A stretch of 64,000 nt of DNA, from IMG/VR virus record IMGVR_UViG_3300023175_000005, positions 124,001 to 188,000 of that record; one strand, 5' to 3'. Made by a program: the position numbers and the translations under genes. Each line of letters starts with the position of its first letter. Position 1 is the stretch's first letter. This document shows positions 1 through 11,112 of the stretch, piece after piece. The notes beneath the pieces are model-generated. The model worked only from the letters and a program-made list of their open reading frames with translations. It did not search any database and was not told where the DNA came from.

Positions 1-2
1 AG

Positions 3-3000
3 GATTACACAATTAATTACGAAACTATTGGTCGCCAAAACGGCACTATTAAATTAAGTAACAAACTTTATAATTTCTTAGAAGCTGCTGGCGGTTTTGA
101 TACTGAAATATACGATACATCATTCTATGATAGAGAACCTATCCAAGAACTTAGAAATATTTTAAGTGCATTAAAAAATGACATCTATATAAATGATTTA
201 GCAGTAGAGTGGAATAACTTATTCTTTGCAAGTTTAAAATATGCAATGAGCGAACAAACTGACTTAGACTGGGCGTTTAAATCTAGTTTCATTAGAGTAA
301 AACACGTACTTGGCGATTTTGAACAAAAATTGTCTTACCAAAATGACAACTTAGAAAATTATGAAGACTACGTAAAAGAAGTTAAGCCATATCATAGTAA
401 GATAAGAGAGTACATTAGTTCTTATGATCATGTTGAACCTACAAACAGTTTAACAACTGACTTTGATGTACCTCCTAGTTATAGTACTTCAAAAGAAATC
501 GAAACAATTGCTGCAAAATATGATAATGGTAATGTTACAGATATTATTGAAAAGTATCAGCAATATCCTTACAAAAGTTGGGTAGACAATAACGGATATG
601 ACATCATTCAAATAGAAGTTACTAACGGAGGATCAAACTATAAAGAAACTCCTCCTGTGACTATTTTAGGAGATAGCGGAGCAACAGCAAAAGCATATTT
701 GTCTAAAGGTAGTGTTAGCAAAATTGAAATTGTCAATATAGGTAGTAAAGTTTATGAAGCACCATTAGTAGTAATTGACGAACCAAGTCCTGGAGGAATA
801 CAGGCTAAAGCAACTGCTATTATTGGAAACCCATTAGTGCGTTCTACACACATGGTAATGAAGTTTGATAGAACAACAGGCACATACTTGATGACAAATG
901 TAGACGAATCTGAAACGTTTACTGGCACAGGTTCTACTACTAAGTTTTCTTTAAAATGGCCAATTAATAGAAATACAAATACGTATGAAGTAACTGTAGA
1001 TGGATTACCAATTTTAAAAGGTGAATATTCTGTAGACAATGAAAACGACACATCAAAAGGTTATGACAGAGAATTAGGGTATATTACATTTGAAGAAGCA
1101 CCTGCGACAGGAGCAACAATTGTAATTACATATAAGCGTAATCTAAACATGCTTACAGCAGCAGATAGAATTTATCATGCTTATAACCCAACCGCAGGCA
1201 TGCCTGGCAAGGACCTATCACAACTAATGGACGGTGTTGATTATGATGGCGCTGTATATGATGGTATTAGTTTTGGTACTGAACAAGGTTTTGATATCGG
1301 CGGTTTTGCAGAATACAGATTTGATACCATTGCAAATACAACAGATGATGAAATTTTTGTTTTAGATGGTAGCACAACAACATTTACACTAAGCACTCCG
1401 TTAGAAGACGGTGTGCAATACAACGTATATTGGAAGTCGATAAATGCAAAATTAAATGATGATCCAATAAGACTAGATGATCCTGACTATGATGGAATAA
1501 CAGTATTAGATAACAAATATGCACTAATGTTGCCATTATCAGGTGATGGTGTTACTGATACTGTAAATATCGATTGGACAAAATGGAAAACTGTAGAAGA
1601 CAGAGATTTTCTTGTTGCAGGTGACACAGTAATAATTAGAAAATCAACAAGTGACGGAAGTTTTGAACTTGCAGGAAGCACATATGACGTTGATTTATCA
1701 GGTGGTGATATTGACTATGGAGATGCACTGGGCGTAAGTCCTAGCGATATTGTTGTAGATGGTGATGGATTTGTAACTCCAACAACTTCAAAAGGACCTG
1801 AGGAACTTGTACCAGGACAATTATTAGATACACTAGACATTTCAGTATATCATAGAACAACAGACGGTACAGGAATGATTGGTTCAATAAATTATATTAT
1901 TGATGAATCAACTTCAGTTTATGTGTTGCCTAGTGTTCCACATAGCAATGATGCTATTATTGTAAAACTAGATAATGAAACTATTGATAATGATAGATAT
2001 GAAGTTGACTGGGATACACAAACACTTACATTTACTGATAGCACAGTGCCTTACGGAACACATTTAAACATTACAACCATTGGTACAAATGGTGCAGAAA
2101 TGCTTGATACTGATTATGTAAAATTTGATGGCAGTACATATTCATACATTACAGCAGCAAAATGGTCAGATGCATTAACAGCATTTGTAACAATTAATGG
2201 CGTTGTTCAACAGCAAGGCGTAAACTTTACTGTAGAACGTAGCACTTCATCAGATGTATTTGAAAATAGAGTAAAACTTACATTTGAAGATGGAACAATG
2301 CAACCAGATGATTATATTCAATGGAGCATTTATGCAAGTAATCTAAAAACATATAGTCAAGTGTTAATCGATAACACATTTGAACCAGATGGACAAAATG
2401 ATTATTATCAGTTTACAACAACTGAATTTCCTATTCCTTTCAATAGAAAGCCATTAGGACATCAAATATTAGTATTCCAAAACAAAAGATTGTTACAACC
2501 AGGATATAGTATCAAACATACTGCAACAAATTCAGTAACCTATGAAATAGAAAAATGGCAGTTCAATGATCCTACACTAATTGAAAGTGAAAACATTTTA
2601 GTTTTTGTTAATGATAGACAACTTACAAAAAATGAATTTACTTATGATACAGTAAATGCTAGAGTGTTCTTAAGTAGAAGAGATATCTTTGAAGAAGGTG
2701 ATACTATTGGTATCTATGTTATTCAGTATGCAGATTACTATTTTGTTGATACAAAACTTACATGTGTACTAGATGATAGTACTGCACCTGCGTTAGACAC
2801 ATACTTAGAAGTAGGTAATGAACTTGTTATAGAATCAATTGGTGATAGCACAACTTATACAAGTACAATTGTTGCAGTAGAGGAAAACACTGTAACAATT
2901 AGAAGCAAACGTGATGATATATTTGCAAGTTGGGTTGCAGGTAATGATTTTGTAATTAGTGTAAATGATGGCGATAGTACACCATTGCAAATGAGTGATA

Positions 3001-4112
3001 TCGAATACGTTTCAAGCGATTCAATGACATTTGCAACAGCACCTAGCAGCGGTGCTAACATCGAAGTTTACCAATTTAGTAATCATGATATTAATAATTT
3101 TGAAAGACAGCAATACGATGTATTAGCAACAACAACTGTAAGTGCAGGTACAGATGCGTACTTCAAACGCAACCTACTATCACAAGGGTTTGTTAATTTA
3201 AGAAGTAATATTCAAAACGTACAATATGTTTGGGTTGCAAAAAATGGCGAACTACTAAGTCCAAACGCAGATTATACGTTAAATGCAAAATACAATGCAG
3301 TAAGTTTGAATTTGCCTGTTTTAGATGGCGATAGAATTGATGTGTTAGAATTTGGTAATGATCCAGCAACACCTAGATTTGGATATAGAATATTTAGAGA
3401 TATTCTAGGTAGAACACATTACAAACGATTAAATGAAGAAAATGCGTTCTCACTTAAAGATCCTTTGAACTATTACGATACACGTATTGTACTCGAAGGC
3501 GGCGCAGATAATTTATATAGACCATCCAAAGGATCGACACTACCTGGAGTAGTATGGATTGACGGCGAACGTATTGAATATTATGATATTAAGGGAACTA
3601 CATTGTTGCAATTACGTAGAGGTACGTTAGGTACTGGTGTAATTGAGTATTGTGCAGCAGGTACAAGAGTGTTAGGTCAAGGCCCTAATGAAACTATTGA
3701 GTATTCAGATACAACATATGAACAAGAAATTATTGCAGACGGTAGTTCTAGTGCAACTGAATATACACTAAACTTTACACCGTCATCAGTTAATGAAATT
3801 GATGTATTCTTAGGAGGCAAGCGTTTGCGTAAAACAGGTATGCAAATGTTTAATTGGCAAACTAATCAAGACAGCACAGAAGCAGACTATACTCTTGATG
3901 CAGAGTATAGAGTAAGCGGTTCAAATATATACATTGAACCAAGAAATCCTTTAACAAATGACATTATTCCACCGTCGGACTTTGAAGGACAAAAAATTAA
4001 AATCGTTAGAAAAACAGGAAAAGTATGGAATGATACAGGTAAATCGTTGGCAAATAGCGATAATAAAATTGCAAAATTTATTAGAGCAGCCACAATCCGT
4101 TTGCCTAAATAA
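3..4112 (+). CDS. Very large virion structural protein, probably baseplate wedge/tail-associated; 5'-truncated by the window edge
   Basis: The frame is open from nt 3 (DYTINYETIGRQNG...), so the 246 start is internal. Acidic and Thr/Gly-rich, with repeated DG-T-xF-L beta-sandwich motifs and a GGSNY..P.V.I.G..GA.A motif typical of large myophage baseplate proteins. Lies upstream of tail genes. Confidence 0.65.
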   Translation, partial: DYTINYETIGRQNGTIKLSNKLYNFLEAAGGFDTEIYDTSFYDREPIQELRNILSALKNDIYINDLAVEWNNLFFASLKYAMSEQTDLDWAFKSSFIRVKHVLGDFEQKLSYQNDNLENYEDYVKEVKPYHSKIREYISSYDHVEPTNSLTTDFDVPPSYSTSKEIETIAAKYDNGNVTDIIEKYQQYPYKSWVDNNGYDIIQIEVTNGGSNYKETPPVTILGDSGATAKAYLSKGSVSKIEIVNIGSKVYEAPLVVIDEPSPGGIQAKATAIIGNPLVRSTHMVMKFDRTTGTYLMTNVDESETFTGTGSTTKFSLKWPINRNTNTYEVTVDGLPILKGEYSVDNENDTSKGYDRELGYITFEEAPATGATIVITYKRNLNMLTAADRIYHAYNPTAGMPGKDLSQLMDGVDYDGAVYDGISFGTEQGFDIGGFAEYRFDTIANTTDDEIFVLDGSTTTFTLSTPLEDGVQYNVYWKSINAKLNDDPIRLDDPDYDGITVLDNKYALMLPLSGDGVTDTVNIDWTKWKTVEDRDFLVAGDTVIIRKSTSDGSFELAGSTYDVDLSGGDIDYGDALGVSPSDIVVDGDGFVTPTTSKGPEELVPGQLLDTLDISVYHRTTDGTGMIGSINYIIDESTSVYVLPSVPHSNDAIIVKLDNETIDNDRYEVDWDTQTLTFTDSTVPYGTHLNITTIGTNGAEMLDTDYVKFDGSTYSYITAAKWSDALTAFVTINGVVQQQGVNFTVERSTSSDVFENRVKLTFEDGTMQPDDYIQWSIYASNLKTYSQVLIDNTFEPDGQNDYYQFTTTEFPIPFNRKPLGHQILVFQNKRLLQPGYSIKHTATNSVTYEIEKWQFNDPTLIESENILVFVNDRQLTKNEFTYDTVNARVFLSRRDIFEEGDTIGIYVIQYADYYFVDTKLTCVLDDSTAPALDTYLEVGNELVIESIGDSTTYTSTIVAVEENTVTIRSKRDDIFASWVAGNDFVISVNDGDSTPLQMSDIEYVSSDSMTFATAPSSGANIEVYQFSNHDINNFERQQYDVLATTTVSAGTDAYFKRNLLSQGFVNLRSNIQNVQYVWVAKNGELLSPNADYTLNAKYNAVSLNLPVLDGDRIDVLEFGNDPATPRFGYRIFRDILGRTHYKRLNEENAFSLKDPLNYYDTRIVLEGGADNLYRPSKGSTLPGVVWIDGERIEYYDIKGTTLLQLRRGTLGTGVIEYCAAGTRVLGQGPNETIEYSDTTYEQEIIADGSSSATEYTLNFTPSSVNEIDVFLGGKRLRKTGMQMFNWQTNQDSTEADYTLDAEYRVSGSNIYIEPRNPLTNDIIPPSDFEGQKIKIVRKTGKVWNDTGKSLANSDNKIAKFIRAATIRLPK

Positions 4113-4115
4113 ATA
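4110..4115 (+). promoter_or_regulatory. T4-like late promoter motif TAAATA
   Basis: TAAATACAGTA overlaps the stop codon of the first gene, just upstream of the AGGTG RBS. The same extended motif recurs at other structural gene boundaries. Confidence 0.55.
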
Positions 4116-4129
4116 CAGTATAGGTGATT

Positions 4130-4744
4130 ATGATGAATGAAATAAATGAATTAAACGGCATACATGTAGAAGGTCATATTAAGATTTTTGACCCTAAAAC
4201 TGATGAAGTTTTTATAAACCAACGTAATGCTATTCATTACGAAAATATGAGTATTGCATTGGCAGAAAGTTTGTCTAATGCAGGACAAGGGTTCATAAAT
4301 GAAATGGTATTTGGCAATGGCGGAACAAGTGTTGATCCAACAGGGATTATTACATATTTGACTCCTAACACAACAGGAACAAATGCAAGTCTTTACAACC
4401 AAACCTATACTAAAGTTGTAGATGATCAAAATGTAAACAACACAGATGCCAGCAGAAACAAAACAGAAATTAGACATGTAAGTGGAACTAATTATACTGA
4501 TATTTTAGTAAGTTGTTTATTAGATTACGGCGAACCAGAAGGACAAGATGCTTTCGATACTGCTAATGATACAGAACAACTATATGTGTTTGACGAACTA
4601 GGCTTGCGTAGTTATGCAAGTTCTGGCACAGGTCGTTTAATCACACACGTAATTTTCCATCCTGTACAAAAATCTTTGAACAGACTAATTCAAATTGATT
4701 ATACTGTAAGGGTACAAAGTTTAAGCGGATTCAACGAGGTGTAA
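4130..4744 (+). CDS. Putative virion structural protein (baseplate/tail-associated)
   Basis: ~204 aa between baseplate-like and tail-fibre genes. AGGTG RBS favours the ATG at 4130/4133 over GTG 4124. Function inferred from context only. Confidence 0.5.
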   Translation: MMNEINELNGIHVEGHIKIFDPKTDEVFINQRNAIHYENMSIALAESLSNAGQGFINEMVFGNGGTSVDPTGIITYLTPNTTGTNASLYNQTYTKVVDDQNVNNTDASRNKTEIRHVSGTNYTDILVSCLLDYGEPEGQDAFDTANDTEQLYVFDELGLRSYASSGTGRLITHVIFHPVQKSLNRLIQIDYTVRVQSLSGFNEV

Positions 4745-4745
4745 C

Positions 4746-6815
4746 ATGAGTGATCAATATGATGTAAGATTTACAGATTTTAGCAACAAGGGCAGTGTTA
4801 CAGTCGATGCCGATGAAATAAACACAGAAACAAGTGTTAGTTTTATTGGTCGGAACAAATCAGATTATGGTTTGTCCTTAAATGAAAACTTCTTGCATTT
4901 ACTTGAAAACTTTGCAAACAATGATTCTCCATCAAATCCAGTTGAAGGACAACTTTGGTATGACACAACCGCAGGAGTTGATCAATTAAAAATTTATGAT
5001 GGCACTGGTTGGGTCAGTGCAGGCGGCATTAAAAAAGCCAGTTCTGCACCTGACAATAGTGCATCTACTGTAGGAGACCTTTGGGTCGATACTGTTAACC
5101 AACAGTTGTTCATTTATACAGGAAGTAATTATGTTTTAGTAGGACCGACTTACACACAAGGGTCTGCAACAGGACCACAATTTGTAAGTGTTCTGGGAAC
5201 TGATAACATAGAATATCCAGTTGTAATAAATTATGTAAACAGTGTTCCTATTACAATTTATGCTGAAACAGAATTTACACCCAAAGCAACACTAGCAGGT
5301 TTTACCACAATTAAAAAAGGTATGACTGTAACTAGCAACGGCAAGTATTATGGTGTTTCAGAAAAAGCAGAAAATCTTTTAGTAAGCGGGCAAACATATG
5401 CAGGTAGTGAATTTGCAAGATTAAGTGCTGCTAATACATTTACACAGCCTGTTAGAATTTCAAACAGCAATGGATTAGTTGTCGGAGAAACAGAAACACT
5501 TGCTTTTAATATTACAGGTAGTAATTCACAGATTGTTAATAAAGCATCGGATGGTGCGATTGATTTTAGAGTCCAGTCTACTCAAACTGCAATTAGAATA
5601 AAGTCAGATGGCAATGTAGGCATTGGCACACTTGCAGCAGAAGAAAAACTTCAAGTTGAAGGCAATATTAAATCTAGCGGAAAACTATCAATTGGATCTA
5701 CAAATGATAGTTCAAGCATTAGTGATTCAAATGCAAGTTTATATACACCAGGCGGCGTAGCAATTAGTAAGTCGTTGAATGTAGGTGGTAGTGCAAATAT
5801 TGGAGGAAACTTAGAAGTAGGAGATATTACTCCACAGGCGCTTGGAAAAAATCTAGGCACTGCTGCTTTGCCTTACAATAATGTTTATGGTAATACATTT
5901 AGAGGCAACCTAGTAGGTAATGTTACAGGTTCACTCACAGGTAGTGTTAGCGGATCAGCAGCAAAATTAAACAGTGCAACAACGTTTAGTATAAGTGGTG
6001 ATGTTTCTACATTAGCTGACTATAGTTTTGATGGTACACAAGGTGCAATTGAAATGGTAGTAGAAATTGATCCTGACTTAATTGCAGATAAAACAATTTA
6101 CACTGATGATGATAAATTAAATGGCACAGAAACATTATTAATTTACAAAGAACAAAGAAACGCAAGTGATCCTGATAACAATCTTCCGTTAGGATTATAC
6201 AAGACAACAGTTGATAGTGTTCTTGCAACAATACCACAATTTCAACCAGGTATGATTATGCCATATGGTGCAGGAACCGCACCAACCGGTTGGCTATTGT
6301 GTTACGGACAAGAAGTTCTAATAACTGATTATCAAGCATTATACGACATTATAGGAACAACATTTGGTACACCTAGCAGCGCACTAAAATTTAAAGTACC
6401 TGATTTAAGAGGCAGATTTCCATTGGGTTATCTTGCTGGTGAGGGTAGAACACTTTCGACAGATGAAGACAGAGTGTATGACGATGCAGCCGCAGATATT
6501 TTAGGTGCAGATGGTGGTAGCAATAGAGACTGGATTACAAAAGATCAACTTCCAGAACACGAGCATACATTGATGGGAGATGCAGGTAATCAATATTATG
6601 CTGTAAACAATCTACCTAGCGCAGGTGATGGAAATAGTGTTGCTGTTAATACATTAGGGACTAATCCAGGAAGAGGTTTACAAGGAACAGAAGGCGTTGA
6701 TGGTTTAACAACTACAACAGAAACAATAGACGGTACACCACAAGACGTTGGTAACAAGTTTGATACTGTGCCTCCTTTCTTAGCAGTCAATTATATCATT
6801 TACACAGGGGCATAA
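4746..6815 (+). CDS. Tail fibre-like protein with C-terminal phage tail collar domain
   Basis: PGMIMPYGAGTAPTGWLLCYGQ...Y.ALY.IIGTTFG...FKVPDLRGRFPLG and terminal PPFLAVNYII match the tail-collar family. N-terminal NENF..LLENF...GQLWYD domain shared with the next two genes. Confidence 0.8.
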   Translation: MSDQYDVRFTDFSNKGSVTVDADEINTETSVSFIGRNKSDYGLSLNENFLHLLENFANNDSPSNPVEGQLWYDTTAGVDQLKIYDGTGWVSAGGIKKASSAPDNSASTVGDLWVDTVNQQLFIYTGSNYVLVGPTYTQGSATGPQFVSVLGTDNIEYPVVINYVNSVPITIYAETEFTPKATLAGFTTIKKGMTVTSNGKYYGVSEKAENLLVSGQTYAGSEFARLSAANTFTQPVRISNSNGLVVGETETLAFNITGSNSQIVNKASDGAIDFRVQSTQTAIRIKSDGNVGIGTLAAEEKLQVEGNIKSSGKLSIGSTNDSSSISDSNASLYTPGGVAISKSLNVGGSANIGGNLEVGDITPQALGKNLGTAALPYNNVYGNTFRGNLVGNVTGSLTGSVSGSAAKLNSATTFSISGDVSTLADYSFDGTQGAIEMVVEIDPDLIADKTIYTDDDKLNGTETLLIYKEQRNASDPDNNLPLGLYKTTVDSVLATIPQFQPGMIMPYGAGTAPTGWLLCYGQEVLITDYQALYDIIGTTFGTPSSALKFKVPDLRGRFPLGYLAGEGRTLSTDEDRVYDDAAADILGADGGSNRDWITKDQLPEHEHTLMGDAGNQYYAVNNLPSAGDGNSVAVNTLGTNPGRGLQGTEGVDGLTTTTETIDGTPQDVGNKFDTVPPFLAVNYIIYTGA

Positions 6816-6816
6816 C

Positions 6817-8697
6817 ATGAGTTATAAGATTAATAAAACAGATGGTACATTACTAGTAGATTTGATAGATGGGCGTATCGATCAAGATACCACTGACTTA
6901 ACTCTTGTAGGACGTAACTATAAAGGTTACGGAGAAATTTTTAACGAAAATTTTGTGCAAATGTTAGAAAACTTTTCTAATAATGCTCCGCCGAGCAATC
7001 CATTAAGAGGTCAACTTTGGTACGACACAGAAGAAGGCAGATTAAAAGTTTGGACAGGAACAGAATTTAAAGCAACTGATACAACAACAGTTTCAGACAC
7101 ACAGCCTACACTTATTGCAGGCGATGTTTGGATTGACAGCGGACGTAAGCAAATTTATTTTTCAGATGGTACATCAGATCTTATATTAGCAGGCCCTGGG
7201 TATACAGCACAGCAAGGCGAAACAGGCTGGCGTACTGTAACTGTAATTGATAATTTTGGTATTGAAAGAATAGTCGCCTTACTAATGATTTCAGGTTCTC
7301 CTGCTGCACTTGTAAGTAAAGAAGACTTTACAGCAGCAGCAACAGATGCAAATCTAGCACTTATTCCTAATTTTGCAATTACAATCAAAGCAGGTTTTAA
7401 TATTTCAACAGCATTTGCTGATTTTGAGTTTGATGGCAATGCTGCAACTACAAGTGCATTACTTGACTCAACATTACAAAGTTATACACCAGACGATTTC
7501 TTAAAACTAGATCCGCCATTAGATAGTGGCAGCGGTCAGCGTAGAAATACTAGTAATGGTGTTATTTTTGTAAATGATGATAACGGTCTTTATGTAGGAA
7601 CAGATGGTGATTTAAGAACTTTTGTATCAGGAAATGAAGTATACCAAAGATTGCAAAACACTACAACCACTGCATTTAGAATGCAATACAAGTCAAGCGG
7701 TATTGACACTGACTTCTTTACCTTAGATAGATCATCTGGTAGAATTGGTTTATTTACATCATCACCTACATCCACAGTTGACATTACAGGTGATTTAAAA
7801 ATATCAGGAGATTTATTAGTTGAAGGCGATGCAACTTATTTGAATGTTGCGACATTACGTGTTGAAGACAAACAAATAGAATTAGCAACTACAGACGATA
7901 GTAGTACACAAACAGATGCACAAGTTAATGAATCTGGTATTGTTGTTAAGGTAGACGATGGCGATGATAAAGAATGGATTTGGGAACTAGCAAATAATGC
8001 ATGGAACACAAATAAACAAAATATAAATCTAACAAGTGGCTATGCTTATATGATAGGAAACTCAAATGTTTTAACACAAAATGAATTGGGTGCAAGTGTT
8101 GTGAGTGCTCCAGGATTAACAAGCCTTGGTACACTGTCGAGTCTACAAGTAGATTATTTGAATTTGGATAATGCAACTATTACAGCAACTACTTTCCCGC
8201 TTAACATTATAAGTGAAGGCGATATTGTTGTTGCAGGCACAGGCGGTAGTCCAAATGTAAAAATTACAGGTGTAACATCACCTGAAGTTAGTGATCCGCC
8301 AGACTATGTTGCAACCAAGGGTTATGTAGACGAACTATATAAAGATACAGATATTAAATTTTCATTAGATATTACAGGACTTTCTAATATACAAATTGCA
8401 TTAGTTTTAGAAGACTTGTTCCCTGCTGTAGGTTATAACACAGGTGTGTACTGTTTTGTTCACACTGTTGATTATAGTGCAGGCGGTACTACAAGTTTTG
8501 ATGTAGATGATAGTTTAACAAAAAGTTTAGTTGCAGTTGATAGTAATGGTGTTCAAAACCAATCGGTCTTACAGGACATAAGTTTTACTACACAAGTAGC
8601 AACAGTATCATTTTCACCAACAAGAGGACTAAAACGGTTTATTATTGACGGTGCCTATAACTGGATATTTGTTGACGATTTGGTATCTAGTGTGTAA
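6817..8697 (+). CDS. Tail fibre/baseplate-associated structural protein, paralogue of the flanking genes
   Basis: Shared N-terminal GRNY.GYGE..NENF..MLENF...P.NP..GQLWYD domain. Fibre-like G/D/T-rich repeats and an ATKGYVD motif. Confidence 0.7.
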   Translation: MSYKINKTDGTLLVDLIDGRIDQDTTDLTLVGRNYKGYGEIFNENFVQMLENFSNNAPPSNPLRGQLWYDTEEGRLKVWTGTEFKATDTTTVSDTQPTLIAGDVWIDSGRKQIYFSDGTSDLILAGPGYTAQQGETGWRTVTVIDNFGIERIVALLMISGSPAALVSKEDFTAAATDANLALIPNFAITIKAGFNISTAFADFEFDGNAATTSALLDSTLQSYTPDDFLKLDPPLDSGSGQRRNTSNGVIFVNDDNGLYVGTDGDLRTFVSGNEVYQRLQNTTTTAFRMQYKSSGIDTDFFTLDRSSGRIGLFTSSPTSTVDITGDLKISGDLLVEGDATYLNVATLRVEDKQIELATTDDSSTQTDAQVNESGIVVKVDDGDDKEWIWELANNAWNTNKQNINLTSGYAYMIGNSNVLTQNELGASVVSAPGLTSLGTLSSLQVDYLNLDNATITATTFPLNIISEGDIVVAGTGGSPNVKITGVTSPEVSDPPDYVATKGYVDELYKDTDIKFSLDITGLSNIQIALVLEDLFPAVGYNTGVYCFVHTVDYSAGGTTSFDVDDSLTKSLVAVDSNGVQNQSVLQDISFTTQVATVSFSPTRGLKRFIIDGAYNWIFVDDLVSSV

Positions 8698-8702
8698 TTA
8701 GG

Positions 8703-8708
8703 TAAATA
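8703..8708 (+). promoter_or_regulatory. T4-like late promoter motif TAAATA
   Basis: TAAATACAGTG in the short intergenic gap, upstream of the GGGAG RBS of the 8734 gene. Confidence 0.55.
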
Positions 8709-8733
8709 CAGTGCAGAGGGAGTAAGCTCACAA

Positions 8734-10197
8734 ATGGCATATACAATTAATAGATTTAACGGCACAGTCTTAACAAATGTTGAAGACGGCACAATTAACA
8801 CTACTACAGATTTGAAGTTAGTAGGGAAGAATTATAGTGGTTACGGTGAAAGCCAAAACGAAAACTTTTTGTTTTTGTTAGAAAATTTTGCAGGTGTAAA
8901 TGCACCTACAAAACCAATCAGTGGTATGATTTGGTTTGACAGTGGAACTAACAAACTTAAATTTTATAATGGAACATCATGGAAGCCAGCAGGCGGCACT
9001 GAAATAAGCACAACAGCACCAGCAGGATCATCAGAGGGAGACTTTTGGTGGGATAGCAACAACGAGCAGTTTTATGTAAGATCAGCATCTGGCAACTGGG
9101 TGTTAATTGGTCCACAAGGTGTTGGCGCAGGATTTGGTGTAACACAAACTAAAAGTCTTACACTTACAGATACTACAGGTACCATTCATGCCATTTTGGC
9201 TACCTATGTAGAAGACACTGTAATTTCAACTATCAGTCCAGATACATTTACTCCTAACACAGCAAGTGCAATTACAGGTTTCCCAACAATTTATGCAGGT
9301 ATTACACTCCTAAATTCAAATTCAGGAGAAACAACAACTACACATAGATTCTATGGTACTGCAACTAATGCTGACAAACTAGGTGGATTAAGTTCTAGTG
9401 ATTTTGTTAGATCAACAGGTACAACAAACTTTAGTTCTCTAGTTACATTTAGTGATATTGGATTTACATTAGGTACAGGCACAGATTTAACTTTTGAAAT
9501 AGATACAGACGGTATTACACCTGTATTTAAAATGAATCAAGATAAGTTGCGTATTAAAGATAGTTCAGGCAATGTTGTAGTTTATTGGGATGCAACAGGT
9601 ATGCATCCTGGTGCAAATGCAAACGGCACAATTTACAATTTAGGAAAAGGTGCTGAAAAATTTGAAAATGTATATGCAACAACTTTTAATGGTACAGCAA
9701 CACAAGCAGATACTTTAAAAGTTGGAAGTGCATATAGAAGTGCAGCAACTTCTGCAACATTTGATAGTATTGCAGCAAGAGATAGTGCAGGTAACCTAAC
9801 AGCCGTTGTGTTTAGTGGTACAGCAACTAAAGCAAGATATGCCGACTTAGCAGAAAAATATACTACAGGTGATATAGATTTAGAGCCAGGAACAGCAGTA
9901 GCAGTAGGTACAGATGATTGTTGCGAAGTAGTACCAGCAAAGTCAAGCGATATTTGCATTGGAGTTGTATCAACTGATCCTGCAATTATGATGAATAGTG
10001 AAGCAGATGGTCAATACATTGCACTAAAAGGTCGTGTTCCTGTAAAAGTAGAAGGTCCTGTAAAAAAAGGACAAGCAATTTATGCATGGGAAGATGGTAT
10101 TTGTAAAACAGTAGCAACCACTGCACTAATAGGTGTAGCACTTGAAACTAAAGACTCAGATGATGTAGGATTAGTGGAGTGTGTGCTAAAAGTATAA
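8734..10197 (+). CDS. Tail fibre/spike protein with C-terminal intramolecular chaperone (Peptidase G2-like autocleavage domain)
   Basis: Shared N-terminal domain. C-terminal YADLAEKY...GVVSTDPA..MN...IALKGRVPVKV.G.VKKG matches the phi29 gp12-type autoprocessing chaperone pattern. Confidence 0.75.
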   Translation: MAYTINRFNGTVLTNVEDGTINTTTDLKLVGKNYSGYGESQNENFLFLLENFAGVNAPTKPISGMIWFDSGTNKLKFYNGTSWKPAGGTEISTTAPAGSSEGDFWWDSNNEQFYVRSASGNWVLIGPQGVGAGFGVTQTKSLTLTDTTGTIHAILATYVEDTVISTISPDTFTPNTASAITGFPTIYAGITLLNSNSGETTTTHRFYGTATNADKLGGLSSSDFVRSTGTTNFSSLVTFSDIGFTLGTGTDLTFEIDTDGITPVFKMNQDKLRIKDSSGNVVVYWDATGMHPGANANGTIYNLGKGAEKFENVYATTFNGTATQADTLKVGSAYRSAATSATFDSIAARDSAGNLTAVVFSGTATKARYADLAEKYTTGDIDLEPGTAVAVGTDDCCEVVPAKSSDICIGVVSTDPAIMMNSEADGQYIALKGRVPVKVEGPVKKGQAIYAWEDGICKTVATTALIGVALETKDSDDVGLVECVLKV

Positions 10198-10200
10198 ATA
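10193..10200 (+). promoter_or_regulatory. T4 gp55-type late promoter, exact TATAAATA
   Basis: Perfect T4 late consensus overlapping the upstream stop, followed by AGGAG RBS and ATG 10225. Confidence 0.7.
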
Positions 10201-10224
10201 TACTAGTACTTATTAGGAGTTTCG

Positions 10225-11112
10225 ATGGCAGTAGGATCAGTAATATCAGCAGCACGTTACAATGCAATTCAGTCTCAAGTTGAACAAGTTTTAGGTGTTG
10301 GATCCGGCCGATTTGGTTATAACAATACAGTAACTAGTGCTCCGGTTTCAAGCGGATCAGGCACAGTAAACGAAGTGCATATGTCAGCACTAAAAGCAGA
10401 CTTAACAGATGCTTATGTACACCAAACTGGATCATCTCCTACACCTTTAACTAGTGTTGCTGTTGCAGATGATATTACAGATGCTGTATATTTAGAATAC
10501 GAAACAATTGGAAATTACATATATCTAAATAAAGATGATTTGTATGCTTCTACTCAAGCAAGTGTAGAATCTAAAGTTTCATCATCAAGAGGTACTTCTA
10601 GTCCTTGGGGAGATATTTCATCAAGAGAAACAATTACACACGAATTTACAGCGACATTTACTGATGCAAATCATAGACGTGCATTTTTCAATGCAGGAGG
10701 TCAAGTTAGAGTTAGCACAACAGTAACAAATGCATCTGGTGCAAAAGGATCTGACTGGGCATCTATGATGTCAGCAATAGGTACAGTCGCTATGGATAGA
10801 TCACAAACTACTGCATCATCGCCTGGAACATCGATTGGTAATTATGATCTTAACACAACGTATCAAACAATTTTTACTAAATCAGGTTCTGGTGTTTATG
10901 CAAGCAATAGTTATACTATTAAAGCTAAAGCAGACAGTGATACAGTTTTAAGATTTAAAGTTGAATTTTATGACGGTATTCCTGCAATTGGTGCTGGTGG
11001 CACTGATGAAGCAGTTATTGCAGATATTACATCAAGTGTTTCTCAACTAAGGGCAACGGGTTCATATGTGTCAGTACCGACTCCGACATACGCTAACGTT
11101 TCTACCTTATAA
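10225..11112 (+). CDS. Ser/Thr/Ala-rich virion structural protein
   Basis: Late promoter and strong RBS. Paralogous to the next gene (AY.HQTGS; FNAGGQ.R; W..M.SA.GT; YQT..TKSGSG.YA.N.YT). Confidence 0.6.
   Translation: MAVGSVISAARYNAIQSQVEQVLGVGSGRFGYNNTVTSAPVSSGSGTVNEVHMSALKADLTDAYVHQTGSSPTPLTSVAVADDITDAVYLEYETIGNYIYLNKDDLYASTQASVESKVSSSRGTSSPWGDISSRETITHEFTATFTDANHRRAFFNAGGQVRVSTTVTNASGAKGSDWASMMSAIGTVAMDRSQTTASSPGTSIGNYDLNTTYQTIFTKSGSGVYASNSYTIKAKADSDTVLRFKVEFYDGIPAIGAGGTDEAVIADITSSVSQLRATGSYVSVPTPTYANVSTL

Noticed and set aside
246-248. ATG 246 as the start of the first gene
   Set aside because: The frame is open from nt 3, so the gene begins before the window.
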